Shown: piece by piece, positions 21,832-33,545 of the stretch
Numbering within the stretch: the first letter of the stretch is position 1
Layout of the letters: each line of letters opens with the position of its first letter
Assembly: GCF_025526975.1 (NCBI RefSeq)
Contig: NW_026515669.1
Coordinates: 620,001 to 684,000, forward strand
DNA from: Fimicolochytrium jonesii
Taxonomy: Eukaryota
DNA: 64,000 nucleotides
Direction: 5' to 3'
The notes under the pieces: model-generated
Told to the model about the DNA's origin: nothing
Seen by the model: the letters and a program-made list of their open reading frames with translations, nothing else
Databases searched by the model: none
Program-made: the position numbers and the translations under genes

Positions 21832-24438
21832 ATGAAGCGTCGAGCACCATCTTCTTCGTTCGGCTATATTGCGGCGGCTGCCATATCGATGTGGCAGTCG
21901 TCCACGTCCGTTCATGGACAAGCGACCGAAAGCATACCATCGATTTCCCAAACCGCCGTTCCTGTATCAGCATTGCAACCAGCATCCGTCGCACTTCCCA
22001 TCACAGCCGACATCCAGATACCTTACGCATGGGGCCACGCTGCCCTTAACGTTGCTTCCACCAGTGAAGTCATTTTCGTAGGCGGCAGTAATTCGCCTAG
22101 TGCCAGCAGCTCAACGCCGCTCCCTGCACGCCCGACCCTCCTCCTAAATTCTACAACATCCTCTCTCGAGATAGCAACTCCCTCGGGAAACGTTCCTCCA
22201 TCAGCAGGTCAAGCATGTACATACGTCGCTTCGGAACAAGCTGTTTTCTGTATAGGCGGATACCAGGGCATCGCACAAAATGTCGCACCGCGCAGCTCCA
22301 GGATACTGACGAGGCTGAGCTTGGAAGAGCAGAAATGGACGGAAGTCAATGTGCATGGACAGGGGTACACATCGATTGCCACTGGTTTCATCGCGCCAGA
22401 AGCTGAAATTGCCGACGCTGCCATGGTGGCAGTCGATCGCACATTGTTGGTCGTTGGGGGTCGCTCACAGTGCTTCCCGTGCGCACCGGTCGCGGGAGGA
22501 TCGACCGTCGGTGCGGTGCGTGCTTCCATAGCTCCTCTCACATCGGGTGAGCAGGATCTGACGGTGCTTCACGACACTGCCGGCGGATTGTACGGACACT
22601 GCATGGTGTTGTCCGACTCCAACGTCCCGTACGCACTCTTCGGAACAACACCGGCAACAAACCGCTCGATCGGCGCTCCCACCGACACACTCATCCGTAG
22701 AATATCCTTGAAATCAGCAGACTCGGCCGGTTCGCTCGTCACGCCAATCATCCTCACCCAAACGGCTAACTTGACACTCCCCCCTCCACGTCTCCACGCC
22801 ACCTGCGTGAAGGGAATCAACGACATAGTGTACGTCTTTGGCGGTGTTCATGCGCAAACCGGACAGACGCTTGCAGATTCGTGGGCGCTGTCTCTCCTTG
22901 ACCTCGGCTGGACGCCGTTGTTGAATGCTGGAACTGTCCCAACGAGCCGAAGCCGCGCTGCTGGGTTCTACATCGCAAGCGAGGCCAAGTTTGCCGTTCA
23001 CGGTGGCCTGCAGAGTGTTGCCACTGTAGACGCTGCATTGTACACCGCCAAAGCAAACATCGTGGCTGGAATCGTCACGTGGGAGCAGCAACCCATTTAC
23101 GGCGTCGCGACGGTTGCAGGCCTGGGTGCCCTTGGAGAATTATTCGACAACGGCTCCGAAGAGGACGACTCGACTTTTCAGAACTGGTTAAAGATCGGTG
23201 TTCCGGTCGTGCTGGGTGTGATTTTCCTCATGCTTGTCATCTTGGCTTTCGTTGTCTACTGCACACGCAAGCGGGTACCGTTATCGAATCTAGAGGATGA
23301 CAAAACGTTCGATAGCAACGTTTACCCATCGCCGAACTCCAACTTTCCTGCGTCCATTTCGACGTCGCCTGTCGGAAAGTTTCTTGCCACCCACGCGCTC
23401 GAACGCCAGGAATCGTCGGCTTCGACGATCTACCCCGCCGCGGACAGCGTCAAATCGGACACGGCGTATGAGCGCCGCGGAAATCTGGAGGAAGGACGTC
23501 AGGTCGGGATGGACGCACAGCCGATCCCACCCATCCGACGGTCCTCGCTAGCTGCGACGCAATCTAGCATGCGATCGCCGTCGTTGAGTTCGGAGGCTGT
23601 CAGGGCGCTCGAGATCGCATACGTCATGCCGCCAATGACGGCCGCCCTGGTTGCGAAGTTGGGTGCGTCGAGATTGCCCACGCAATCGCAGTTGCAACCG
23701 CAGGCGGCACGTGAGGATGCTCCCGAGTCGCCGTCTACCATCACGCCAATGGGCCTCACACCCGTTCCCCTGACACCCGGTGCTGCCACCGCCGCGGAAC
23801 CAATCGACGACTCTGACTCCCCAGCATCCCTGGCCACCCCACCACCACTTCCCGTCTTGACACTCTCAGCCCTCACCGGAATCGACATCTCCAAACCCTT
23901 TTCAGCCTCCTACACATACAGTCCCAAACGCACCGACGAATGCCCAGTCACGATAGGCGACACGCTTACCCTGCGCAAAGTATACGGCGACGGCTGGGCC
24001 CTAGGCACCAATCTCACCCAAAAGCGAAACGGGTTCTTCCCCGCCAGCGTGCTCTCCCTTGACGATTGGACGTTCTCGACCCACACCGACAAACCCGTGG
24101 AGCTCATGTCCCCGCATCTGGCAGACAGCGTCGCGAGTCACCGGCACTCGCACCTCGGCGTGCCGGGCCACTCACAGTCGCGCGCCGATAGTGCGATTGA
24201 CGCCAACAGGTCGTCGAAATCGCTGAGCTGGTTCGAGAAGGAGAACAGCAAAACGCATGGGGAAAAGACCGTGCCGCCGGCGCGGACGCAGGCGTTTAAT
24301 GCGCCCGTTGTTGCGCCGCCGGTGGATTTGTTGAAGCAGCTTGAGGAGCTGGATTTGGCGTATTTGGAGGAGGTGGTTGAGTTGACGGCGTATTTTAGGT
24401 ATAGGAAGAGGATCTTTATTGGTGGGGAGCAGTTGTAG
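21832..24438 (+). CDS. Single-pass membrane protein: signal peptide, kelch-like ectodomain, TM helix, cytoplasmic SH3; intronless
   Basis: Kelch-like GG motifs (VIFVGG, VFCIGG, LLVVGG, VYVFGG, FAVHGG), TM IGVPVVLGVIFLMLVILAFVVY, and SH3 YSPKRTDE..IGD..DGWALG..GFFP. Confidence 0.8.
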   Translation: MKRRAPSSSFGYIAAAAISMWQSSTSVHGQATESIPSISQTAVPVSALQPASVALPITADIQIPYAWGHAALNVASTSEVIFVGGSNSPSASSSTPLPARPTLLLNSTTSSLEIATPSGNVPPSAGQACTYVASEQAVFCIGGYQGIAQNVAPRSSRILTRLSLEEQKWTEVNVHGQGYTSIATGFIAPEAEIADAAMVAVDRTLLVVGGRSQCFPCAPVAGGSTVGAVRASIAPLTSGEQDLTVLHDTAGGLYGHCMVLSDSNVPYALFGTTPATNRSIGAPTDTLIRRISLKSADSAGSLVTPIILTQTANLTLPPPRLHATCVKGINDIVYVFGGVHAQTGQTLADSWALSLLDLGWTPLLNAGTVPTSRSRAAGFYIASEAKFAVHGGLQSVATVDAALYTAKANIVAGIVTWEQQPIYGVATVAGLGALGELFDNGSEEDDSTFQNWLKIGVPVVLGVIFLMLVILAFVVYCTRKRVPLSNLEDDKTFDSNVYPSPNSNFPASISTSPVGKFLATHALERQESSASTIYPAADSVKSDTAYERRGNLEEGRQVGMDAQPIPPIRRSSLAATQSSMRSPSLSSEAVRALEIAYVMPPMTAALVAKLGASRLPTQSQLQPQAAREDAPESPSTITPMGLTPVPLTPGAATAAEPIDDSDSPASLATPPPLPVLTLSALTGIDISKPFSASYTYSPKRTDECPVTIGDTLTLRKVYGDGWALGTNLTQKRNGFFPASVLSLDDWTFSTHTDKPVELMSPHLADSVASHRHSHLGVPGHSQSRADSAIDANRSSKSLSWFEKENSKTHGEKTVPPARTQAFNAPVVAPPVDLLKQLEELDLAYLEEVVELTAYFRYRKRIFIGGEQL

Positions 24439-24656
24439 GACATTTAGGGTAGAATACGAAGCCTCTTTCTTTGGTCGTGTCTATTGACATGTAGTTTTGC
24501 CTGCGAATGAAACAAGTCGATGCCTGCCTCATAAAGACGTCTTCTGGTTCAGTTAGTCCTTAGTATGCAAAGCGATTTGAAAGCCCGAGATTCCTCTCAG
24601 TCGCAGTTGAATGTTTGCTATGCTGACGATCTTGTTGAGATTCAAAGCAGCTGGCC

Positions 24657-26285
24657 TTATCCAGTAATCGTAACCGCATTGCTAGCGTTCCCCGTCCCAA
24701 GCGCATTGTTCGCTCTAACCCTATACAAATACGGCACTCCCCTAACGCTACTGCTATCCGTAAACAACGTCTTATTCTGCGGCACATTGTCCATCACCTG
24801 CGAGCCCACAACCGTCCACGTCGGCGTCGCAGCAGCGGCATCCGCGCGTTCGACGCTGTAACTGGACGCGCCTGCTGACCCGCGCCATGTGAGCGCTGGC
24901 GAGGTTGCGTTGAGCAATGTTGGCGGTACGGGAAGCGTGGCCGCTGGGATGGAGAAACCGGTTTGAGCGGCGATTTGTTGTGCGCCGGTCTTGACGGCGT
25001 TGATGACTTCCTGCTCGTCGGGTCCGAATCCCGGGGCGGCTGGGAAGCCTGGGAAATGGTACGATTGGTAATCGTGCGCTTCTTTGTGCGTGTACATTCC
25101 ACCAGCGCTGCTATGGCCCCTCAGACTCCACACGAGGGCGCCTGCCAGCGCTTCTTGTTTGCGCACCACGTTGCCGATGACATCCTGGATCGAAGCGACG
25201 GCACTGAAACCGAACTCTCCGACGATGTACGCTTTGTTGTATGATGCGACAGTCACCGCATCGGAAGCGCTAGAATCCCCGTATCGCGGGTTCTCTACCC
25301 GATGAAGCACCTGAACAGCTATCCCAGCGCCGGCACCTGCCATGGCCCCCAACGCCACTATCGCCAAAAGGAGCTGCTTTAACCTCGTCGAACGCTTCAC
25401 ATCCGTCCCCTTCGCCTCTCTCACGACCTTAATTTTCCGTGGAGACCACACCAGCATGCAAAGCATGACCATCGCGATAATCAGAATCGCAGTCAGCACG
25501 GCCCACAGCGCCCATTCACCTGTCGTCGGCACGAAATTCCGATAGAAATGGTTCGAAAAGACATCTATATTTGGATCCGCGAGCACCTCCGCGTCCCACC
25601 CGTGCTTGAAGGACCCGTCCATTATCAAGTGCTGTGAGTCAAACGACCGGATATACGCGGCGATGTCTCTCGTCCAAGCCGCCGGCGTCTTTCCGTCATC
25701 GAGTTCGAGCTCGTTGCCCGTCTCCCACAACATGACCGTGCTATCATTGCGGTAAGGGATTCCATTGACGGTGTTGTTTCGTGTCAGCAGTTGCACGATG
25801 ATGCTTTTGAAGGAAGATATCACGGCGGTATTTGTGAAGAAAGCCGATGTAGGCAGCGATGCATCCACAAGCTGAACGAAGCTGCTGATGCCGCCCCACC
25901 ACTCCCAACGATCTATTAAGGGTATGATCACCTTGACATTCCTCTGTCTCGCCAATGCCAAAGCGCTGTCCAGTCCTCTCATCACAACCTCCTGCAACCC
26001 GATTTTCCCATCGGTTGCTGATTTCACAATATGTTTGGTGGCGGTCGCCGTTTCCGAAGGCATTTGCACGCTCAATGCGTACATGCGGACGACGCGGCTT
26101 CCCATTTGTTGGATGGAGGAGAGGAGATCGTCCTGCTCGAAGGGGGTTGGGACGACGAAGGATGGGTCATCTTGAAGGGAGAGCGTTGGGGTGTTGAAGG
26201 AGACGAAGCGGAGGGTGGTGTTGGTGGACGGATCGAAGAGGTTGGTGCCGCTGCGGATGATGAAGCCGGCGGCTGCGGATGCCAT
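24657..26285 (-). CDS. GH5 endo-beta-1,4-mannanase-like enzyme with an internal TM hairpin and a C-terminal FN3-like domain (start could be the in-frame ATG at 26363)
   Basis: VVRMY, KVIIPLIDRWEWWGG, TRNNTVNGIPYRNDSTVMLWETGNEL (acid/base Glu), HLIMDG, SNHFY, IVGEFG (nucleophile Glu), GALVWSLRGH. The tail LTWRGSAGASSYSVER..YLYRVRANN is FN3-like. Confidence 0.85.
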   Translation of the reverse strand: MASAAAGFIIRSGTNLFDPSTNTTLRFVSFNTPTLSLQDDPSFVVPTPFEQDDLLSSIQQMGSRVVRMYALSVQMPSETATATKHIVKSATDGKIGLQEVVMRGLDSALALARQRNVKVIIPLIDRWEWWGGISSFVQLVDASLPTSAFFTNTAVISSFKSIIVQLLTRNNTVNGIPYRNDSTVMLWETGNELELDDGKTPAAWTRDIAAYIRSFDSQHLIMDGSFKHGWDAEVLADPNIDVFSNHFYRNFVPTTGEWALWAVLTAILIIAMVMLCMLVWSPRKIKVVREAKGTDVKRSTRLKQLLLAIVALGAMAGAGAGIAVQVLHRVENPRYGDSSASDAVTVASYNKAYIVGEFGFSAVASIQDVIGNVVRKQEALAGALVWSLRGHSSAGGMYTHKEAHDYQSYHFPGFPAAPGFGPDEQEVINAVKTGAQQIAAQTGFSIPAATLPVPPTLLNATSPALTWRGSAGASSYSVERADAAAATPTWTVVGSQVMDNVPQNKTLFTDSSSVRGVPYLYRVRANNALGTGNASNAVTITG

Positions 26286-27277
26286 CTGAGGGTTGGGTCG
26301 AGTCGGCCAAGGTCGAACGGGTTGGAAAGAGAAAGACAAAAGTGCCACGCGCAGCCCTCCCATCGATCCCAGACAAAGCGCGTCCAAAAGCCCAGCAGAC
26401 AAACGGTCATATTCCTTACGCGTTTTTGCAACCTTTTTTTAGACATTAGGCGTACCGATCGTCGATCTGAGCATCCCTACCGGCTGCTACCTCCTGCTTA
26501 ACTGATGAAGCTCGGGCTGCATCAAAGACATACACAGGGACTCTCTGCGAAACTTCGAAGCCGACTATTGCAGCCAATCTCCGCACTCGACCCAGATTTC
26601 GACACCGCACTCCTCATATTTTTGACGGGCTCTTTCTCTCTCCGTCGATTGCGAAATATGTACTGTATGTGCTCCGGAAGGCTCCGTCCTCAAAGGCTCG
26701 GCCTACCCGGAGTGCCTACCAGGCCCCTACCATGATACCATAATAGCAATCCTACCGGTGCCTATGTGTACGCAACATTCGAATGTCGAATCCTGCAGCC
26801 CAACCTTGATTATAAAATCGGGAGGGGAAGCGGAACTTCCGCTCGTGTTCAACGGCCGCCCCGTTGCGTGAGTTACGGCTTGGGTGGCTGTGCAAGCGTT
26901 TTCATTTCCCGCGGATTCGGAACAATCACGACGCGCAAGCTTGTCAGTTTGTGTTACCGCCGGGACGCTAACTCCGAGTCCAGGCTTTCGGCGCTCCGGT
27001 GAATCTGTCAAGAACCGCCCCACCGGAATGCATTGCAAATCAATCTCTCACGTGGGAAGCAGCGTGGGAAGGGTTTTCGATCGCAGGAGCTTCTTGTTTC
27101 TGGGCACACTGTTTCTTGTCCATCGTCGGAGCGTTCGAAACATGTAAGGAGCGGTGATCTCCCACATAGATGATATGATAGCGGAGGCGGCGCGGCGGAA
27201 CCAACACGCGTCCCACCGCCGCACTTTTCCCTGCGACGAACTCCCACCGGCGGCCAACGTACAGTACAGTAGATCTT

Positions 27278-27284
27278 TATAAAA
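27278..27284 (+). promoter_or_regulatory. TATA box for GPX
   Basis: TATAAAA about 105 bp upstream of the ATG, followed by a CA-rich leader. Confidence 0.55.
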
Positions 27285-27382
27285 CCCACAGACGGCATAC
27301 CCTCCCCCTCACATCCAGATTATTACAGCAAACAGAACCAATCCAAGCTTTCACTTCTCCAACACAACAACAACAATCAAAA

Positions 27383-28033
27383 ATGACTGCCACTACCCTT
27401 TACGAGCTGTCCGTCAACGACAAGCGCAACCAGCCCTACGACCTCGCCGCCCTCAAGGGCAAGGTCGTCGTCGTCGTCAACGTGGCCTCCAAGTGCGGTT
27501 TCACACCCCAGGTCGGTGGTGGAATCCTTCTCTCTGCATATCTGCCCCTCTCCCTCCCCCAATGTTGGCCAACTATCTCACCTTTTTCTACCCCTCAACG
27601 CTTACAGTACAAGGGTCTCGAAGCCCTCTACCAGAAGTACAAGGACCAAGGCCTCGTCATCCTCGGTTTCCCCTGCGACCAGTTTGGCGGCCAAGCGCCC
27701 GGCTCCGCTGAGGAGGAGGCGTCCACCTGCCAACTCAACTTTGGGGTCACCTTCCCTATCCTCGAGAAGATCGAGGTCAACGGCGACAACGCGCACCCCG
27801 TCTACGTGTGGCTCAAGAGCCAGAAGAGCGGTCTGTTGGGCTTGAAGAGGATCAAGTGGAGTGAGTAGAATTTCGGACTTTCTCCCCAGCGCAATAATTG
27901 GATCACTAACCACGTTGCATTTGCAGACTTCGAGAAGTTTGTGGTCGACAAGGAGGGACGAGTCGTCGAACGTTACGCTTCCACCACCGAGCCCGCCTCT
28001 CTCGAGAAGACCATCGAGAAGCTCCTCGCTTAA
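27383..28033 (+). CDS. GPX: Glutathione peroxidase-like thioredoxin peroxidase (Cys-type, Hyr1/Gpx3-like); 3 exons
   Basis: [36 protein letters not shown]. Exons approximately 27383-27511, 27609-27860, 27927-28033. The catalytic codon is TGC (Cys). Confidence 0.93.
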
Positions 28034-28247
28034 GTTTACTCGAAATCCCGTAGCTTCAGGTGTATATATACCGCAGTGATGCAGCCACATCAGAGAGTTC
28101 GTCACTCCGCCATCCCTCATATCGTTAGTCTTTAGTTTCCTTTAATTCTCTTGCGGTGTATGCCCACGATAGAAACACGCCGTATCTTTACATAGCCTCC
28201 CTTCGCTTTTTGGCCTAAATAAATCAATCATACATACACACATCATC

Positions 28248-30111
28248 TCACGTTCGTATGTGCAAATCGCGTGGAGTGTCCGCAACGTCCCGTTCCCGAG
28301 CACCGCGTCTATCGCGACTCCTACTCTCAACGCTGCTCTCTCTACTCCTACTCCTAGTGCGGCTGCCGTTCCTGACTGGGGGAGTGTCAGGCTTTCCTCC
28401 ATGAGCATCCGCCTTCTCCTTGACAACCACATCCGGTCGTGTGCTGCTTCGTTCGTCTCGATTGTCCCCTCCATGGTCTCTGCTCCCTCTTCGTCCGCCA
28501 CGAATGGATTCCCTAAGGTCCCGGCGCGCGTCGAAGCGGTCGTCAGCTCGGTGGTATCTCGGACGGTCGTAGTCGCGGTAACCTCCACCTCGGTCATGAT
28601 ACCTGTCCTCCCGTCTGTCGTCCCGTCTAGGGTAAGCATCGTGCCTGTGGCCGTTATGTCCGAATTTCTGCTCGCAGGTTGCATATTGACGTGAGATCAA
28701 AGAGTCGATGTCAAACTGACGAGTAATGTCCAAAACGTACCACAGCACCCCTCCCTCTAATCACCCTTCCCTCCTTATCCGTCCGCTCCAGCGCCGCCAT
28801 CGGTCTATCGCTGTTTGTGAACCTTGCAGAAGGCTTCTCATCCCTCATCAGCCAATTCGATGACGACTCTACGTCTTCCGGTGGAGCTATCCCAACAAAT
28901 TCCTCTTCCTCCCCTGGCCGGACCTCTCCTTCCTCCTTCTCGGTCGAGGCCAACGCCTTTTTTGCTGCTTGCTTCTTCGACTTCTTGCTCTTCTTTTTAT
29001 GCTTTCTACGCTTCCGTCTTTCGTCTTCCGATGATGAGGAGGAAGAGGAAGTTGACTCGGATCCAGATACAGAAGGCGAACGACCGCGAAGCTTCTTCTG
29101 CGATTTGCTTTTACTTTTCTTCCGATCGTCCTCGCTGTCCCTCTCTGAACTAGATGGCGACGGTGACCGTTTCCGCTTATCTTCCACCTTCGTTTCCAAA
29201 GACGACACCTTGCGTTTCGCCGCCACCACGCGTTCCAGTTCGCCGGAGTTAACAATGACGACTTTATCGTGCGGGCGGCTTTTGCGATCGACGGGCAGTG
29301 CTTCGATCTCCTTGACTATGTCTTGGCCGGCGAGACAGCGTCCAAAGACCACGTGTTTGCCGTCCAGATGCGGTGTTGGTACGCACGTTATGAAGAACTG
29401 GGATCCGTTTCTGTGAAGATAAGCGCACTGTGAGAACTCCGTCCACGATTGATGCGCCAGCGGTGGCCATCCTCAAGCTCCTTCCCTCTGACCACTCGCC
29501 CCTCTCTCCCCAGAGAACACACGAAAGCTCGCCTCGCTCGGAGAGGTTCAGCGTTGGCCATCCTCAAGCCTTCTCGCCTGATATCTCGCCCTCATCTTCC
29601 GCCCATTGCCTCGCACAGCACTCACGTATTAGGTCCCCGATTAGCCATCGAAAGCAAAAACTCGACATCATGTTTTCTCTCAAACGACTCATCGGCAAAA
29701 GTCCCACCATAAATACTCTCCCCACCCGTCCCATCGCCGGCAGTAAAATCGCCACCCTGTAGCATAAAGTCCTGCACTATCCGATGGAAGCTGCTGCCTT
29801 TGTAGTGCAGGGTTGCGCCTGAGGCTGTGCTGCGGCCACGTTCGCCTGTGCATAGTGCGCTGGGATGGGAGAGGGTTAGTTGCTTGCATGATCTAAGCGA
29901 TTATGAGTCGAAAGACATACCGGAAATTCTCGGCGGTTTTGGGAACTTCGTCTGCGAAAAGCTCAAAGATCATGCGGCCGGCTGGGAATAACATGAGTGT
30001 GAGCGAGAGATACAGTATTTCACCAAGTCCAATTTCAACACTCCGCTGCGTACCTTTGCGACCAGCGATTTCAATGTCGAAAAAACATCTGGGGTTGTGT
30101 GATCTCGACAT
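28248..30111 (-). CDS. SR/RS-domain cyclophilin (PPIG-like peptidyl-prolyl isomerase); multi-exon
   Basis: [83 protein letters not shown], followed by a K/S/R/D-rich tail. Confidence 0.9.
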
Positions 30112-30553
30112 GATTGCGTCTTTTCGTAAGGCAGATCTCCGCTATTGCCCCGTTGCTTGGTATAGTCTATGCCCGCGCTATGCCGCTAGTGAGAAAGAGA
30201 CAGGCCGGAGGCCAAAGTTACTACGTAAGATTCTGTAATGCTGTGCCGTTGTGCGTCGTCGGTGTCGTCGGTGTTCTCCGAGGGACCGACGCGCTGGGGT
30301 CCTTCCCCCCTTTCCAACAGCGGTGCGGTCATTCCTCAGAATCCTCACCCAGGGTCCCCCTTCCGCCAACCGCTTCACCTTCTAACCAAAACGTCCTCTC
30401 TCGGACGGAGGTTCAAGCTGTTCATAGGTCGCTGAGGCAGAGTCAGTAGTGCAGCATATACGGTATGTGCAGTTCTAGGTTGGCTCCGCGTGTGCGCTGC
30501 ACTCTCTCACATCATGCGTGGCTTGCTTGCGTTCATTAGAAATGAAAGCGATA

Positions 30554-33085
30554 ATGGGTCGCTCGAAACCCTCCCTCGCCGTTGTCCTCCTCTTTTCTCT
30601 CTCCGCATTCGCAGCAGCAATACCCCTCCACCACAACCCGCAACAACCCCTCGGTGCCTCGTCACCCCTCGCCGCAGTATCACCCATCTGCACTTGCGCT
30701 GACGCTTCTATCCCTCACTGCGCCAGTCTTTCCCTTGGCCACGGTGATAATTTCTGCATATGCTTGAGCGGGGCCTTTGCGATCTGTGGGGGGAAAGTTG
30801 AGCGTGAGCGTGAGCGTGGTGGGCTGGCCGTTGAGGAAGCCTTTAAAGTGGAGGCGAAGAACTCGAAACATGATGATACAATTGAACCGTTTACGCCGAG
30901 GTTTTGGTATACCCTCACGGCGACGATTGTATTGGTGCTTATCGGTGGAATCTTTGCTGGTGAGTTTGGGTTTGTGATATGCGGAGAGCCGGGAGGGAGG
31001 TTTGCGAGAAGGAGGGGGAGGGAAGGCGAGAGGACGTAATGCCAGCGACGGGCCGCGAGCAGGACGTCGTTCACTTGTCGGAAAGCAGGGGTCAATACTG
31101 ACCCTGACTCATAAAATCACACAGGGTTGACAATCGGCATCATGAGTCTGGACACGACCAATCTCGAAATCCTTCGCAACAGCGGCACCGAACAGGAACA
31201 GCGTTACGCAGCCAAAATCGAGCCCGTGCGCAAACACGGTCACTGGGTGCTCACCACTCTGCTCCTCGGAAACGTGGTGATTAACGAGACGCTGCCTATC
31301 CTGTTTGACAGTCTGGTTGGAGGCGGGATCGCGGCCATTATCATCTCGACGGGGCTGGTCGTGCTGTTTGGAGAGATCATTCCGAATGCAATATGCGCAC
31401 GGAATGGATTGGCTGTGGGTGCTGCTTTTGCGCCCCTGGTCAAAATGTGCATGTGGATCATGGCGCCGCTGTCGTGGCCGATTGCTAAGCTGCTTGATGC
31501 GCTACTTGGACACGAGGAGGGGACAATCTACGCTCGTGCCCGTGAGTATAGACTGAGATCGCTCCAATACTACCCATCATGCACCTCGGCATTGACCACT
31601 GAGCATCTTTATCACTATCGCAGAACTCAAGACGCTGATCCGCATCCACGAAGTGAACCAAGAAGGATCGAATGGCTCATGCGGAGACCTCATACACGAC
31701 GAAGTGGGCATCATCTCGGCGGTCTTGGACTTGAAGGATAAGAGCGCAAAGCAGATAATGACACCGCTGGACGACGTGTTCATGATGGAGATCAATCAAG
31801 TTATCGACGTGCAGATGATCAAGGAGGTATGTACACTTGAAGCCTACAGGAAGTAAACGTAATCATGCTAATCTCCTACATTCCATCGATTCTCAGTTGA
31901 TCAGTCGCGGCCACAGCCGAATCCCCGTCTACCAAGGCGACCGCTCGAACCTCATCGCAATTCTCCTCGCCAAGCGTCTGATCGGATACAACGTCGAAAA
32001 AGCAAAACGCATCAGCGACGTGCCATTAACGTATCTGCCCATTATTGATGGCGAAACAAATCTGTTTGATATGTTGAATTTCTTCCAGGAGGGCAGGAGG
32101 TAGGTGTTACGCCACCGCAGAGCAATAGAATGCCTGATTTCCTGACATTGACGTTCACTTTTCTTTTTGCGCAGTCATATGGCGGCGGTTGCCATGCGTG
32201 TGGATGGCAGCACGGAGCGGGAGGATGATGGGAAGGCTGAACGGGAGATTTTGGGCGTAATCACACTGGAGGATGTTATCGAGGAGCTTATTGGCGAGGT
32301 AAGGAGGGATGATGTCTCGAAGCCATTGTCTCCTCTTTCCTCGTCCTCACTCCCTCTCTCTCACCACGTAGGAAATCATCGATGAGACGGACGAGTATAT
32401 TGACGTGCACAGCAAGATCCCCGTAAAACGCGCGCCAATAACTCAAAAGCTAGCCAAGCTGCTAGTAACGAACATCACACGGCGAAGTTCATCAACGTCG
32501 ATGCCGGTCGTCAAGACTCCAGGCGGCACCTTGGGCATGGGAGTGGGCATGAACGGTGTGAAGCCTCTGCGACGGGGCTCAAACTCCGGTAAACATCAAC
32601 ATCGGATGGATGCGGAGGCATTACTCACGCCGCTCAATCCTCCTCGCCCAGACTCGGCTGCTGCAGCTGCTGGTGGTGCTAGTGGTGGTGCGAAGGGGCC
32701 CAACACGCCCAAATCAGTTGTTTTGGATACCGACTCGCCATCGACAACGACGACGACGTTTGGGGTGGAAGACAGCGTGGTGCCTGACTCTGTAGACTAC
32801 TTCAGCGTGCCGATCGACGCGTCAACGCGAGACGAACGGTTACAGGATGCAGGGTGGACGATGACGCCGATGGTACCTGGCGACCGGCACTCGAGAAGCG
32901 TGCTTGTGCGCAAGAAGAGTCGCGGCGTGATGGGGACTGCGTCTGCGCCGAGCTCGATAGCGGGGAGTTCTGTGGCGGGCGACGAGCGGGAGCATGTGAA
33001 TGGGGAGGACGAAACGATAGCGCGGAAGCAAGGGGGAGAGGATGAGACGACGCCGTTGTTGAAGACCGTGGGCGGCACGTCTTAA
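30554..33085 (+). CDS. MAM3: CNNM/Mam3-family (DUF21 + CBS pair) metal homeostasis membrane protein; multi-exon
   Basis: Signal peptide, LVLIGGIFAG|LTIGIMSLD, HWVLTTLLLGNVVINETLP, FGEIIP, IMTPLDDVF, GHSRIPVY, FQEGR|SHMA, GVITLEDVIEELIGE|EIIDETD. Confidence 0.88.
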
Positions 33086-33545
33086 CATTTGAACTGATTT
33101 GGTGGGGAGAATTTGGTCGACTGCTTGGAAACAATGGGCTGATTTCTTTCTCACACGTGGTCCCTTCCACCTCATTTTTTTGTATCTTATTGTACTTCTG
33201 GGATCTCATAGTGCTTTGTGAACAGCAGACGATGAGGCTCGTGAAGACTATTGATACGGATTATACTTTCTTACACGCATGGAAGAAAGCCACGCAGGCG
33301 TCTTTCCGATTGAGACGAGACGTGGAGGATGACGACGCGCCGGAAAGGAGAGCGAGGAGGAGGCCTTGGCGCTTGGCTTCCTTCAAACAGCTTCAAACCT
33401 TCAACATCGCCGCTGGTTTCCCACGCACTCCACTCTAAGATCTACATAGTGCTGACCCTATATTAACGTCCATAGAAGAACCGGACGACACTCGAAAAGC
33501 CAGCAACAGAGATTCGTCACAAGCTCCGTTTCCAGTTGTCTCGTC

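Noticed and set aside
27490..27500. Possible selenocysteine GPX
   Set aside because: The catalytic codon is TGC (Cys) and there is no in-frame TGA.
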